64,000 nucleotides of DNA from Candidatus Sungiibacteriota bacterium (GCA_016180435.1 JACPBG010000001.1:283107-347106); one strand, 5' to 3'. Positions 30,035 to 39,772 are shown, counted from the stretch's first letter. Notes: generated from the letters alone by a model not told the origin. Translations and numbers: made by a program.

Positions 30035-30976
30035 CTATTGGACACTATTCAAGGAATACACAGTCCATCTTTTTTCTCCATCTTTTTTAAGTATATTCCT
30101 TCCGACCAAATCCTGCAGGTCTCGCTGAATGGTCTTGGAACTTATATTGGAGAATGCCGTATAAAAATCGCTTATTTTTGCCTGTGAAGACAATTTTAAA
30201 TGTTCAAGTATTTGTTTTTGCCTGTTGCTTATCACTTCTGAAATACCCACAAAACTTCCGGCAATTATTTTTTCCGCCTTTTTTATTTTTTTATCCTTAA
30301 CATCGGTCTCCGTAGCTGAAATCCCGTCCCGGGGAACAAATTCATCCCAAGTAGAAAGCGCTTCCGGACGGGTCATCGCTTCTTCACGGCGATTTGTATC
30401 CGACTGTTTCCCAGCCACGTTAGAGATGCGGAATGAATTTACGCCAGTAGGAGCACGCTTGATTGCGGAGTTATTTTCACTTGGTGTTTCGGCGCTGACT
30501 AAATCTCTAACGGGGTCAAAAAAATCAGCCAGAGACGCATATTCCCGTTCAAGCACCGTGATATTAATAGGCCTGACCAATTTCAATGAACGCGCTAATT
30601 CTAAATATCCCTTGATTGCCTCAATCTTGCCTAAAATCGCTATGGCATCGCCAATATGCGAGTCCCCTCCATAAACGTACTCGGTCGCCCCGCTGAAAAT
30701 TTCATTGGCCTTCTCACGCAAGGATTTGCGCAAAACTTCGTCCTTGGGGAAAAAATCCGTAACGCGATAAAGCGCCAAGGTCAAATCAAAAATCTTCCTT
30801 TGAGCCCCGTTAAAAGTCCGATCCGCTCGCGGATCAGCAGATGCCTCTGGCGTCTGATTTTTAACGGGGTGAATATCTGAAAAATTAGATGAGGATCGCA
30901 TTAACATTCTTTTCAGCATACAAAAAACAGGCGATCCGTCAACATTGACCCGATTAAAGATCTGTTTCGTATTCAA
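30035..30976 (-). CDS. Four-helix-bundle plus C-terminal DeoR-type HTH protein
   Basis: LTLALYRVTDFFPKDEVLRKSLREKA (four-helix bundle); ISSKTIQRDLQDLV..LKKDGEKRWTVYSL (HTH). Carries two in-frame inverted-repeat insertions. Confidence 0.75.
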   Translation of the reverse strand: MNTKQIFNRVNVDGSPVFCMLKRMLMRSSSNFSDIHPVKNQTPEASADPRADRTFNGAQRKIFDLTLALYRVTDFFPKDEVLRKSLREKANEIFSGATEYVYGGDSHIGDAIAILGKIEAIKGYLELARSLKLVRPINITVLEREYASLADFFDPVRDLVSAETPSENNSAIKRAPTGVNSFRISNVAGKQSDTNRREEAMTRPEALSTWDEFVPRDGISATETDVKDKKIKKAEKIIAGSFVGISEVISNRQKQILEHLKLSSQAKISDFYTAFSNISSKTIQRDLQDLVGRNILKKDGEKRWTVYSLNSVQ

Positions 30977-31626
30977 TTCATGACACCCAACTCGCGTAAC
31001 GCATCCTGATACGCGCGGAGCGCATTTATAATTATTTCCTTGGTGTGTTCAGTTGTGGGATCATGGGCAATGGTATTACGCAGACGATGCGCGGACCAGA
31101 CACGGTCAAGCGACGGAAGAGTTGCCGGATCCAAAATTTTCAGGCGGTCTGCCATGGTCTCGCCCTGATAGCCCTTGTGCTGAAGCATATCATCCAAAAT
31201 AGCATCGGCGCGCAATATAGACATATTCCAATCCGAAGGGTTGGAGGAGTTGGCAAGCTCGCGTATCCGCTCCCAATTAGCCACAACTTCGCTATCCGGA
31301 GATACTACATGGATTTCCGGCGGCTTGGGTGGAGCAATAACCGGAGTCATATACAAATTGAAATACTTATAAAGTACAGTTACGGCAAAAGCTATCAGCA
31401 ATAAATCAAGAACTATGAATACAAGCATGGGATAAAACAGCGTATCTTTGAAATCCTGCGATCCGAGCCATTCCAGCAGATCATTATATCCTCCCAAAAA
31501 TTGATTGGCCGAAATCCCCAAAACCGCGGCGATAACCAGCGCCACCATGAATGCCAGCCCAATATCCATTGAGGTATTGGTTAATTTTTCATCTGTTTTA
31601 GGATTTGGATTGGTATGAAGAGGCAT
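30973..31626 (-). CDS. Membrane protein with a helical C-terminal domain (CPR-type hypothetical)
   Basis: Two TM segments; DWNMSILRADAILDDML..GYQGETMADRLK..WSAHRLRNTIAH. Confidence 0.75.
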   Translation of the reverse strand: MPLHTNPNPKTDEKLTNTSMDIGLAFMVALVIAAVLGISANQFLGGYNDLLEWLGSQDFKDTLFYPMLVFIVLDLLLIAFAVTVLYKYFNLYMTPVIAPPKPPEIHVVSPDSEVVANWERIRELANSSNPSDWNMSILRADAILDDMLQHKGYQGETMADRLKILDPATLPSLDRVWSAHRLRNTIAHDPTTEHTKEIIINALRAYQDALRELGVMN

Positions 31627-31722
31627 ATATATGATGCCAATCTACAAATCTTATGCTAATCTACAAATTGCGAATCGGCTTGCGCCGGTATGATGCTAAT
31701 CTATGAATGATATGCCAATCTA

Positions 31723-33198
31723 CTATATTATTTCAGCTGCTTTAGCTATTCCCAGCAATTTCCCCTCCTCAAACCACTTGCCCGCCAATTGCAGTCCCAC
31801 CGGCAATTTCTTTCCTTCCCGCTCCACAAATCCGGCCGGAATGGAAATTGCAGGCACGCCGGCAAGATTCGCGGCCACGGTATAGATATCCGCCAAATAC
31901 ATCTGAAGAGGGTTATCGGCTTTTTCTCCGAAACAAAAAGCCGGAGTTGGAGCCGTGGGGCCTAAAATTACATCTGTGGCATTTAAAGCGTGTTCAAAAT
32001 CCTGCCGGATAAGCCGCCGTACTTTCTGGGCTTTAACGTAATACGCATCATAATATCCGGCTGAAAGCGTATAGGTGCCGAGCATAATACGGCGTTTAAC
32101 CTCCGCTCCGAACCCATAAGCGCGCGATTTAGCATATACTTCATACAAGCTGGTAGCTGATAGTTGGTAGCTGGTAGCTGCGCTAAGGCCGTATCGAATG
32201 CCGTCAAATCTGGCTAAATTGGCCGAGATCTCGGAAGGCACCACAATATAATAAGTAGGCAGGGCATATTCGGAGTGCGGCAGAGATATTTCTTTTATTA
32301 TAGCGCCGGATGACTCCATTTTTCCAATCACCGCTTCTATAACTTTTTTCACGTCCGCATCCAATCCCGCGCCAAAATACTCTTTTGGGATGCCGATCCG
32401 AACGCCTTTTAGGCGTTCGGGAATTTCCAATTTCCAATTTCCAATTTCCAAACTTTCTTTTTTAACTGCTGTTGAATCAAATTCATCTCCTCCCTTAATC
32501 GCATCAAATAAAATAGCGGCATCCTCTACCGACTTTGCCATGGGTCCGATCTGATCCAGAGAAGATGCCATAGCAATCAATCCATGGCGGCTGACAATGC
32601 CGTACGTGGGTTTTAAGCCGACAATTCCGCAAAAAGACGCGGGCTGGCGGATTGATCCTCCGGTATCCGACCCCAAGGCGGCTATACAAAGATTTCCGGC
32701 AACAGCCGAGGCAGATCCGCCCGAAGATCCGCCGGGAACGCGAGACAAATCATACGGATTTTTAGTTGATACATATGCGGAATTTTCTGTGGAGGATCCC
32801 ATAGCGAACTCGTCCAGATTGGTTTTTCCAAGAAAAATTGCGCCTTGTTTTTTTAATTTACGTATCACCGTTGCGTCATAACTTGCAATATAGTTCTCCA
32901 AAATTTTTGATCCGGCAGTGCATTTTTTACCTTCAATCAGGATATTGTCCTTAATCGCCAGAGGAATCCCGAATAGCGGTGGGAGTTTCATCCGCTCTTC
33001 ATGATTCACGACGCCAAGCATCTCATCTGCCTTTTTTGCCTCATCCAATGCATCGTCAAATACTTCAAGATAAGCATGCAATTCGCTATTTTTTTCTTTA
33101 ATCGCCTGAAGGAAATTCGAAACCAGCTCGGATACCGAAAACTTTTTCTGGCGCAACCCGCCTGAGGCATCTTTGATTGTAAGTTCATTCAACTTCAT
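31723..33198 (-). CDS. gatA: Asp/Glu-tRNA amidotransferase subunit A
   Basis: KTNLDEFAMGSSTE, PGGSSGGSA, LGSDTGGSIRQPA, EVKRRIMLGTY. Confidence 0.97.
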   Translation of the reverse strand: MKLNELTIKDASGGLRQKKFSVSELVSNFLQAIKEKNSELHAYLEVFDDALDEAKKADEMLGVVNHEERMKLPPLFGIPLAIKDNILIEGKKCTAGSKILENYIASYDATVIRKLKKQGAIFLGKTNLDEFAMGSSTENSAYVSTKNPYDLSRVPGGSSGGSASAVAGNLCIAALGSDTGGSIRQPASFCGIVGLKPTYGIVSRHGLIAMASSLDQIGPMAKSVEDAAILFDAIKGGDEFDSTAVKKESLEIGNWKLEIPERLKGVRIGIPKEYFGAGLDADVKKVIEAVIGKMESSGAIIKEISLPHSEYALPTYYIVVPSEISANLARFDGIRYGLSAATSYQLSATSLYEVYAKSRAYGFGAEVKRRIMLGTYTLSAGYYDAYYVKAQKVRRLIRQDFEHALNATDVILGPTAPTPAFCFGEKADNPLQMYLADIYTVAANLAGVPAISIPAGFVEREGKKLPVGLQLAGKWFEEGKLLGIAKAAEII

Positions 33199-33200
33199 TT

Positions 33201-33285
33201 CTTTACGAAATACGAATTTTTACGAATATACGAATCAACGTGAATTTACTATTCGTAAATTCGTACTGATTGGTATTCCGTAAAG
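33201..33285. repeat. 85-bp TACGAAT-family palindrome filling the gatC-gatA gap
   Basis: About 4 mismatches to 48504-48588 (pilM-pilN gap). Confidence 0.88.
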
Positions 33286-33286
33286 C

Positions 33287-33583
33287 CTATTCAAACACCG
33301 CCTTCACCCTTACATATCCCCTTTCTTTCTCCGGCGCCGCATCCAAAAGTGCGGCCTCTTTTCCTTGCAAATTTTTATCGCCTGGCTCATCCTCACGCAT
33401 AATGTTTTGTAATATCGTTCCGCCGGTCATGGGTTCTATATTGTCGGTATTCACTTCATTTAATTTTTCCACAAATCCCAAAATCGCCGAAAGTTCTTTT
33501 TCAAATTTTGTTTCTTCTTCAGGCGTTAATTCAATACGGGCCAAATGAGCGATATGTTTTACGTCTTTTCTGCTAATTGACAT
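33287..33583 (-). CDS. gatC: Asp/Glu-tRNA amidotransferase subunit C
   Basis: ISRKDVKHIAHLARIEL..ILGFVEKLNEV..MRED; adjacent to gatA. Confidence 0.95.
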   Translation of the reverse strand: MSISRKDVKHIAHLARIELTPEEETKFEKELSAILGFVEKLNEVNTDNIEPMTGGTILQNIMREDEPGDKNLQGKEAALLDAAPEKERGYVRVKAVFE

Positions 33584-33652
33584 ACAAAAATTAATGAGAA
33601 GTAACCATCAATATAGAAACAAAGAGTATAACACAAACAATATTAGATGAAA

Positions 33653-33916
33653 TCAAATCCTTTTATAAATCTTATCATGGTGGGCAAAATCCACCAATAG
33701 AACTGATTCACCCGCAATTTCATATACCAACACAAAAGAACCGACGTGCACACGCCGGTTATTTTTTAAATTATACCGCAGGGGTTTACCGATTTCCGGA
33801 TTTTCTAAGACCTTTTCGATTGACTTCTTTACTCGCGTTAAAAGCGTCTGGTCTTGTTGCTTTAATTTCTTTAATGCCTGCCGCGCCTCCTGAGAAATCT
33901 CAAGTTTATAACGCAT
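33653..33916 (-). CDS. RelE/ParE-family toxin
   Basis: ENPEIGKPLRYNLKNNRRVHVGSFVLVYEI..DFAHHDKIY. Confidence 0.88.
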   Translation of the reverse strand: MRYKLEISQEARQALKKLKQQDQTLLTRVKKSIEKVLENPEIGKPLRYNLKNNRRVHVGSFVLVYEIAGESVLLVDFAHHDKIYKRI

Positions 33917-33944
33917 AACCTTTTGGTTGTTATTCTGAAACTCA

Positions 33945-34172
33945 CTAAAGATTTCTGAAAAAATTTTTTAATTCCTTTTTAGTATGAATCGAGGTAGTAC
34001 CCTTTCCACCGCGCATATTTCGGCGAATTCGATCAATTCGCTGTAAATAATCCATACGTATTTCCGGTTCTTCCTCCATCTTGTTTCCAATAATTGCATA
34101 AAAAAAATCCTCCAGCTTGGATTGCCGCTCTTTTAATTCATTAAGTTGCCGTTCAATAGTCGCGGTAGTCAT
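33945..34172 (-). CDS. Putative antitoxin
   Basis: Small charged ORF directly upstream of the RelE toxin. Confidence 0.65.
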   Translation of the reverse strand: MTTATIERQLNELKERQSKLEDFFYAIIGNKMEEEPEIRMDYLQRIDRIRRNMRGGKGTTSIHTKKELKNFFRNL

Positions 34173-34189
34173 GTTTTAATGATACCATG

Positions 34190-36268
34190 TTAACGGATAA
34201 GTTGCAAAAACTCTTTCTCATCAATAACTTTCACTCCCAATTTCTGGGCATGTTTCAATTTCGATCCCGGATCACTTCCTGCCACAACGTAGGAAGTTTT
34301 TTTACTTACGGTTTCCGAAATATCTCCGCCCCAAGCCCGAATGCGAGCTTTGGCTTCGTCCCGCGACATTGATTCAAGCCCGCCAGTTAAAACAAAGGTC
34401 ATGCCTTTCAGCTTATGGCTTGTAGTTGGTGGCTTGTAGGACTTGGGATTGACTCCGACTTTCAATAATTTTTTTATCAATTCCTTGTTCCGCGGCTCCT
34501 GAAACCACTCATAAATGCTTTGGGCAACCACCGGGCCTATATTCATAATTCCGTTCAATTTCTCAAACGATGCCCGCTCCAGCTTCTCCAGCGTACCAAA
34601 ATTTCCGGCCAAATCAATTGCGGTTTCTTCCCCTACATGTAAAATTCCCAGGGCATAGATAAAGCGCGGCAATTCTATTTCCTTTTTTTCCTGAATGGAG
34701 CGGATTAAATTTTCGGCGGATTTTTCGGCAAATCGTTCCAGCGGAGCAACATCCGATTCTTTCAATAAAAATAGATCCGCCGGGTCTTTAACCGGCCCCT
34801 CCTCAATCAGCCGATCCACGATCTTGGGACCAAGCCCCTGAATATCAAAAGCGTGCTTGGAAACAAAATGGTAAAATTTCTCATGCACCACGAGCTTGCA
34901 GCGCTCCGGATACAAAATTTTATGCGCCGATTCGCCCTCGCGCCGCACGACTTTCTGTCCGCAAAATATTCGAGGCATCCTGAACTCGCGGCTCCCTTTG
35001 GGACGCAAATTAGGAAAAACTTTCACAATATCCGGGATCACATCACCGGCTCTTTGCACGATCACAGTATCTCCGGACCTTACATCCAGACGCTTTATTT
35101 CGTCCATATTATGGAGCGTGGCGCGCGAAACCATAACTCCTCCGACATCAACCGGCTTTAACACGGCAACCGGCGTCAAAACTCCGGTCCGGCCAATTTG
35201 CACAATAATATCTTCAACCACGGTTGTGGCTTCTTTTCCGGGAAATTTCAAAGCAACTGCGCCGCGCGGCGCTTTGCCCACTACGCCCAGCCGCTCAAAA
35301 ATATCACCGCTATTTACCTGCGCCACTACGCCATCAATCAAAAACGGGAGTTTTTCGCGCTTATCTCCCACTTCCCGAAAAAATTTCATGACTTCTCCCA
35401 AATCATCGCATCTCCGCACCAAATCCATGGTTTTGAATCCGAAAAGCTTGGCAATCAGATGTTCTTCCTCGTGGGTTTTTTGCCCCAAATCCGTAACCAG
35501 ATCATACGCGAAAAAATCCAAACGGCGCGAAGCCGCAACCTTGGGATCGAGCTGGCGCATTGAGCCCGCGGCAATATTGCGCGGATTGGCAAAAACCGGC
35601 AAACCCTTTTTTTCTTGTTCTTTATTCACGGCTTCAAACGATTTTTTGGTCATATATACCTCGCCCCGCACTTCAATAATCCCGGGAATTTTTGAGACAG
35701 CCTCGCGAACCCGTGGAAATTTCTTGAAAATTTCGCGCACTTCTTTTTCTTTGGAAAATTCCTTCGGATCGTGCAAACGCAAAGGAATGGATTCGATTGT
35801 CTTTAAATTTTCCGTCACATCTTCACCTATTTTCCCATCACCCCGGGTTGATCCGGTTTTAAAAATTCCGTTCTCGTAAATTAACGATATGGCAAATCCA
35901 TCAACTTTCAGTTCGGCAAAGTAATCTAAGCTGGTAGCTGGTAACTGGTAGCTGGTAACTAACTTTTTGATTCTTTCTTCCCAGTCCCTTAGCTCCTCTT
36001 CCGTAAAAACGTCATTCAAAGAAAGCATGGGTGAGCCATGCTTTATTTTCTTGAAACCCGGAAGCGGACGCCCACCTACGCGCTGGGTGGGAGAATCGGC
36101 GGTTTTAAACTCGGGAAATCTCTCTTCAATTTTCGCAAGCTCGTGCTTTAACGAATCATTGGCCGCATCCGAAATCTCCTGCCGATCTAAAACGTGATAA
36201 AGATAGCGGTGATAATTGATCTCCTTCCTTAATTTTTCAATTCTTTCTTTAGCTTCTTGTTTATTCAT
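34190..36268 (-). CDS. ligA: NAD-dependent DNA ligase
   Basis: ELKVDG (KxDG motif), TRGDG..GEDVT, ANPRNIAAGS, ATLHN, C-terminal BRCT domain. Confidence 0.97.
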   Translation of the reverse strand: MNKQEAKERIEKLRKEINYHRYLYHVLDRQEISDAANDSLKHELAKIEERFPEFKTADSPTQRVGGRPLPGFKKIKHGSPMLSLNDVFTEEELRDWEERIKKLVTSYQLPATSLDYFAELKVDGFAISLIYENGIFKTGSTRGDGKIGEDVTENLKTIESIPLRLHDPKEFSKEKEVREIFKKFPRVREAVSKIPGIIEVRGEVYMTKKSFEAVNKEQEKKGLPVFANPRNIAAGSMRQLDPKVAASRRLDFFAYDLVTDLGQKTHEEEHLIAKLFGFKTMDLVRRCDDLGEVMKFFREVGDKREKLPFLIDGVVAQVNSGDIFERLGVVGKAPRGAVALKFPGKEATTVVEDIIVQIGRTGVLTPVAVLKPVDVGGVMVSRATLHNMDEIKRLDVRSGDTVIVQRAGDVIPDIVKVFPNLRPKGSREFRMPRIFCGQKVVRREGESAHKILYPERCKLVVHEKFYHFVSKHAFDIQGLGPKIVDRLIEEGPVKDPADLFLLKESDVAPLERFAEKSAENLIRSIQEKKEIELPRFIYALGILHVGEETAIDLAGNFGTLEKLERASFEKLNGIMNIGPVVAQSIYEWFQEPRNKELIKKLLKVGVNPKSYKPPTTSHKLKGMTFVLTGGLESMSRDEAKARIRAWGGDISETVSKKTSYVVAGSDPGSKLKHAQKLGVKVIDEKEFLQLIR

Positions 36269-36440
36269 ATCAATATGATGCCAATCTACAAATCTTATGC
36301 TAATCTACAAATTGCAAATAATTATTCTTCGAGTTAAATCGAGAAGATACCATCATAATGTATATTCTCGACAGGCTCGAATAATAACGATTCGCAATTC
36401 GCCAAATTGGCATTAAATTCGCATCGGATTGGCATCACGC

Positions 36441-36845
36441 TTAATATGTGACCCTAAACGCCCTCCTCACCGAGCGAGTTCCCACATTACATCTATATTC
36501 GGCAGTCACCTGAATTTGCGTCAAAACGCCTACTTTAGTAACTCCCATGTCATAACATGCTCCGGATAATAATGGATAATCATTTTCCGTAGAACCGTTA
36601 GGCAGAGGGCCTATAACGCGATCGCGATAAAGCGTACGCTCGACCCCGTGGTCCGAACCGTTTATGGCATGAAAAGAATCCTCCATGGCGCCGGTAATTA
36701 AAAGCTCCCCATAAAGCACGTTAAATACTCCGATTCCGATAGAAAGTATGGCGGTAAGCAAAAAAACAGTTAATAATAGTGCGATTCCTTGGCGTTGCTG
36801 TAATTTCCAAATTCCAAATTTCATAAATTTCCAAACAATTTCCAA
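36441..36845 (-). CDS. PilX-like minor pilin
   Basis: QRQG|IALLLTVFLL (no Glu at position 5); last gene of the minor pilin block. Confidence 0.7.
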   Translation of the reverse strand: MEIVWKFMKFGIWKLQQRQGIALLLTVFLLTAILSIGIGVFNVLYGELLITGAMEDSFHAINGSDHGVERTLYRDRVIGPLPNGSTENDYPLLSGACYDMGVTKVGVLTQIQVTAEYRCNVGTRSVRRAFRVTY

Positions 36846-36883
36846 ATCTCAAACCAGTTGAACTTGGAAATTGAAAATTTCAT

Positions 36884-37549
36884 CTAAAAGTCCCTCAACC
36901 TTTGGGTCATAGTGGTTTGAATGTCAAGCATTGACTGCAGTTTGGTTTTCACGCCCCTGGAGCGCGCCCGAAGCGTGATTCGCACCCAGGGCTGGCCGTC
37001 ATCCGCGCCCGAGGCCTGTCCGAACAGATCAAATCGCAAACGTTCGATCGTAACATTATCCGTATCGGTAAAGGGGGCCGCATCCGAACAATTGAACGAG
37101 GCTTGAGTCACTCGCATAATAGTATCCGGAGCGCCGTTGTTATCGGTGTCATACAAAAAATAGGTTCGCGGCTGGGGAAATCCTTTATTCCAGTGGGTAA
37201 AACTAAACTCGGAATCCAAAGGAACCCGCGATGCGCCGCAAGCTGTTCTACCTTTGGTCGTTTTCTGATATGCGGCTCCGGTTCGGATCTCACGCGAAAA
37301 AAGCTCAAAGGTAAAACGGATGTTATCCTGCATAAGAAGCAGTGTCCCGACTTTTTCTCTGGCGTTTTGCGCCGCGATCATAACGCCGGTGGCCATCATT
37401 ACGGTAACGGAGAAAATGGAAAGAGAAACCAGCATCTCCAGAAGGGTGAAACCCCTCTTAAATGCAAAATGCAAAATGCAAAAATCAAAATTAAAGTATC
37501 GCTTCGCGACGTATTTTATATAAGCTAATTTTGAATTTTGAATTTTCAT
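36884..37549 (-). CDS. Minor pilin (PilW/GspJ-like)
   Basis: KRG|FTLLEMLVSL. The leader is extended by a heptamer element. Start uncertain. Confidence 0.85.
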   Translation of the reverse strand: MKIQNSKLAYIKYVAKRYFNFDFCILHFAFKRGFTLLEMLVSLSIFSVTVMMATGVMIAAQNAREKVGTLLLMQDNIRFTFELFSREIRTGAAYQKTTKGRTACGASRVPLDSEFSFTHWNKGFPQPRTYFLYDTDNNGAPDTIMRVTQASFNCSDAAPFTDTDNVTIERLRFDLFGQASGADDGQPWVRITLRARSRGVKTKLQSMLDIQTTMTQRLRDF

Positions 37550-37585
37550 TTTGACTTTTGATGTTTTAAAACCAGTCCCCAAAAG

Positions 37586-37750
37586 TGATGCGGGCTCGGT
37601 TATTTTAATTTCAGACAATGGGAGGCAGGATTTGCTCGGACCGAGCACTCAAAGCATTGAGTGCTCGGAAATCGTGCCGACCCTTAGTGAGGCCGCCGCA
37701 GGAGCGGCCGAATCGTGTCTGAAATTAAAATAACCGAGAAAACCGCATCA
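37586..37750 (-). mobile_element. Family-A structured element, copy 2 (inverted relative to the other copies)
   Basis: Minus strand: gaca-cgattcggccgctcctgcggcggcctcactaagggtcgg...ccgagc...cctcccattgtc, enclosed by a long terminal stem. Confidence 0.8.
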
Positions 37751-38449
37751 ACGCCAATTATACAATCTCTGCTCCAGCCGGGTTGATTTTAATAGGCCGC
37801 TTTCCATCCAGGCCACAATCGAAATTATGTCAATTTGAGCGGCCGAAGGAATACCCCCATCCGGAGTGCCGCCGCATACCGGCTTACCATCCAATCCCAA
37901 TGGCCCGCCCCCGTTCACCGGATTACAGACATAAACACAGCGCCGGAAAGGAGTGCGAGTGCCTGCGCCATAGGTATAAATACTGCTGGAATTAATATTC
38001 AGATATGTGGCATTGCAACTCCCGCCCAGCCGCGGCATGGCAAGAGTTATTGTTAAACCGCTAACCGGGTCCGTACAAGCAACCGAGGCAGTCATATCCT
38101 CCGTGTCAACAGTATACCCCTGGACGCTGTTTAATTTGGCGCCGCCCTGTTTACATTCCGGATTTCCGCTGGTACGGGGCTCCCGATCCCACGCGCAAAC
38201 ATCCTGCGGCTCATCCGCCCCGTTCAAAAAATCACAGAGCACGTTGTTTTCGCGTATAAGCCGCATCATTTCAATGCCTTCTTGCGCCAAATTAACCGCA
38301 ATCAGGTCCTGTTTCAGACGGGATGCGTTAAATACGCTCTTGGTGGTAAGGGAAAGCGCACTCACAATCCCTCCGGCAATAAGAGCAATCGCGACCAAGG
38401 CCTCAATCAAGGTGAATCCTTCCTTTTTGATGAATAGGTTTTTATTCAT
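37748..38449 (-). CDS. Minor pilin (PilV-like)
   Basis: EG|FTLIEALVAI; AVNLAQEGIEMMRLIRENN; Cys-rich. Confidence 0.87.
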   Translation of the reverse strand: MNKNLFIKKEGFTLIEALVAIALIAGGIVSALSLTTKSVFNASRLKQDLIAVNLAQEGIEMMRLIRENNVLCDFLNGADEPQDVCAWDREPRTSGNPECKQGGAKLNSVQGYTVDTEDMTASVACTDPVSGLTITLAMPRLGGSCNATYLNINSSSIYTYGAGTRTPFRRCVYVCNPVNGGGPLGLDGKPVCGGTPDGGIPSAAQIDIISIVAWMESGLLKSTRLEQRLYNWR

Positions 38450-38546
38450 ATTACATGGGGTTTTACAAAATATTGGTTTCAGAACTTAGAACTTAGAACT
38501 TAGAAAACTATCTGCTAAGTTCTAAAATCTAAGTTCTTTTGTGCTT

Positions 38547-39221
38547 TTAGCGGAGCGTAACTTGCCCGCTGGTTCTCACCCTTAGGCGTGAGGTCATATT
38601 TCCGGAACGGTTAGAAAGAGTGATTTCAATCCATTCGCCAAGATTACCCCCGCTTCCGTTGGCGATTCTGACATCCGCCTCGGGGCTGGCGAATGAAAGA
38701 TAAACAGTGCCGCTGGAGGGATTAAATGCGTTAACTTTAATGCCTTTTTCCATAATTCGGTCTGATCCTATTTTTGTATCAGCCCCGTCAAATATCCGAT
38801 TGTTATTGGAATCGGCAAAAAGGAAATATGTGCTGCTGTTTTGCTGCAGCCGCACGCCGTACGCCGGAGCAGTAACTCCGCCGCTTAAAAGCCGTACGGC
38901 CAGCGCCATATTTTGCGCCTCGCGAAGTGCCAAGGCCACCTGATATCTTTCCCGGCGAAGCGCCAGGGCATCGCTTACGCCGCTAAAACTTATTAGGGTG
39001 ACTGAAGAAAGCATGGTGATGATGCCTAAAACCACCACGGCCTCCATAAGCGTAAACCCCGCACTAAATTTCGGCTGCGGCTTGCGTTTCCATCCAAAAT
39101 TATGAGAATTTACGAACCGCCACGAAGCCCTATCACGCCAGCTTAATCTGGGCCGCGACAGAAACGGCCGAAATTTTAGTGACGGGGTAAACCCCCGCGT
39201 CTTTTCTTGCATCAAATTCAT
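38547..39221 (-). CDS. Minor pilin (FimT/GspH-like) with an insertion at the cleavage site
   Basis: RGFT-[42 aa]-GFTLMEAVVVL; ALREAQNMAL. Confidence 0.85.
   Translation of the reverse strand: MNLMQEKTRGFTPSLKFRPFLSRPRLSWRDRASWRFVNSHNFGWKRKPQPKFSAGFTLMEAVVVLGIITMLSSVTLISFSGVSDALALRRERYQVALALREAQNMALAVRLLSGGVTAPAYGVRLQQNSSTYFLFADSNNNRIFDGADTKIGSDRIMEKGIKVNAFNPSSGTVYLSFASPEADVRIANGSGGNLGEWIEITLSNRSGNMTSRLRVRTSGQVTLR
39052..39195. mobile_element. In-frame miniature inverted-repeat element with a 9-bp direct repeat
   Basis: gtaaacccc at 39052-39060 and 39187-39195 (135 bp apart); inverted repeat ccccgcactaaatttcggc / gccgaaattttagtgacgggg. Confidence 0.85.
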
Positions 39222-39319
39222 ACCTAAATTATACCAATTAGCGGCAAATCAAAAAAGCCCCGTCGGGGAACAGTATAAACTCACAAAACACAAGAGCCAT
39301 GTCTCTGATTTCGTGCGTT

Positions 39320-39772
39320 TTATTCATATTTAAGCACATACCTGTCTCCCGCCTCTACCACAAGCGCATCCGCCGGAGCATTCTGTTCCCGGCCATTTAG
39401 ATAAATTTTCCATGATCCGCCTCTATCATAAATCCCCGCAAGTTCCGCAATATCGCCGTTTCGCAGAGTTAAAGAAAATTTACCGTTGTTTGCCGCGGAA
39501 TTCAGCGCCTCGGAAAGCGTATACTGATATCCGTTTACGTCGCCTTGAAAATAGCGTTTTTTGCCGTTGCCGAAATCAACTTCAACCAAAGCATATTTAT
39601 TCCCGGCATCGGACCGGCTCTGCAATAAAATTTCCAAATCGCGATCAAGTTCGCGCTCATAGCGATTTTCCGCCCAAAGTATCAAAAAGGCCGCTGCCAA
39701 GGCCGCGATTCCAATGATAAACCAGTGATTTAAATTTACATTTTGCGGTTTTTTATGCATAAAACACACCAA
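39320..39772 (-). CDS. Membrane-anchored DUF4430-like protein
   Basis: TM segment, then VDFGNG...IAELAGI..WKIYLNG..ADALVVEAGD. Confidence 0.6.
   Translation of the reverse strand: MVCFMHKKPQNVNLNHWFIIGIAALAAAFLILWAENRYERELDRDLEILLQSRSDAGNKYALVEVDFGNGKKRYFQGDVNGYQYTLSEALNSAANNGKFSLTLRNGDIAELAGIYDRGGSWKIYLNGREQNAPADALVVEAGDRYVLKYE

Noticed and set aside
30035-30976. Four-helix bundle as the Avd of a diversity-generating retroelement
   Set aside because: No reverse transcriptase and no TR/VR pair with adenine-specific mismatches were seen.
34896-35879. 327-aa plus-strand ORF and other long antisense ORFs (e.g. 53155-53835, 13-417, 21984-22928)
   Set aside because: These are shadows of ligA, rny, the GMC gene and the ATST gene, with no motifs of their own.
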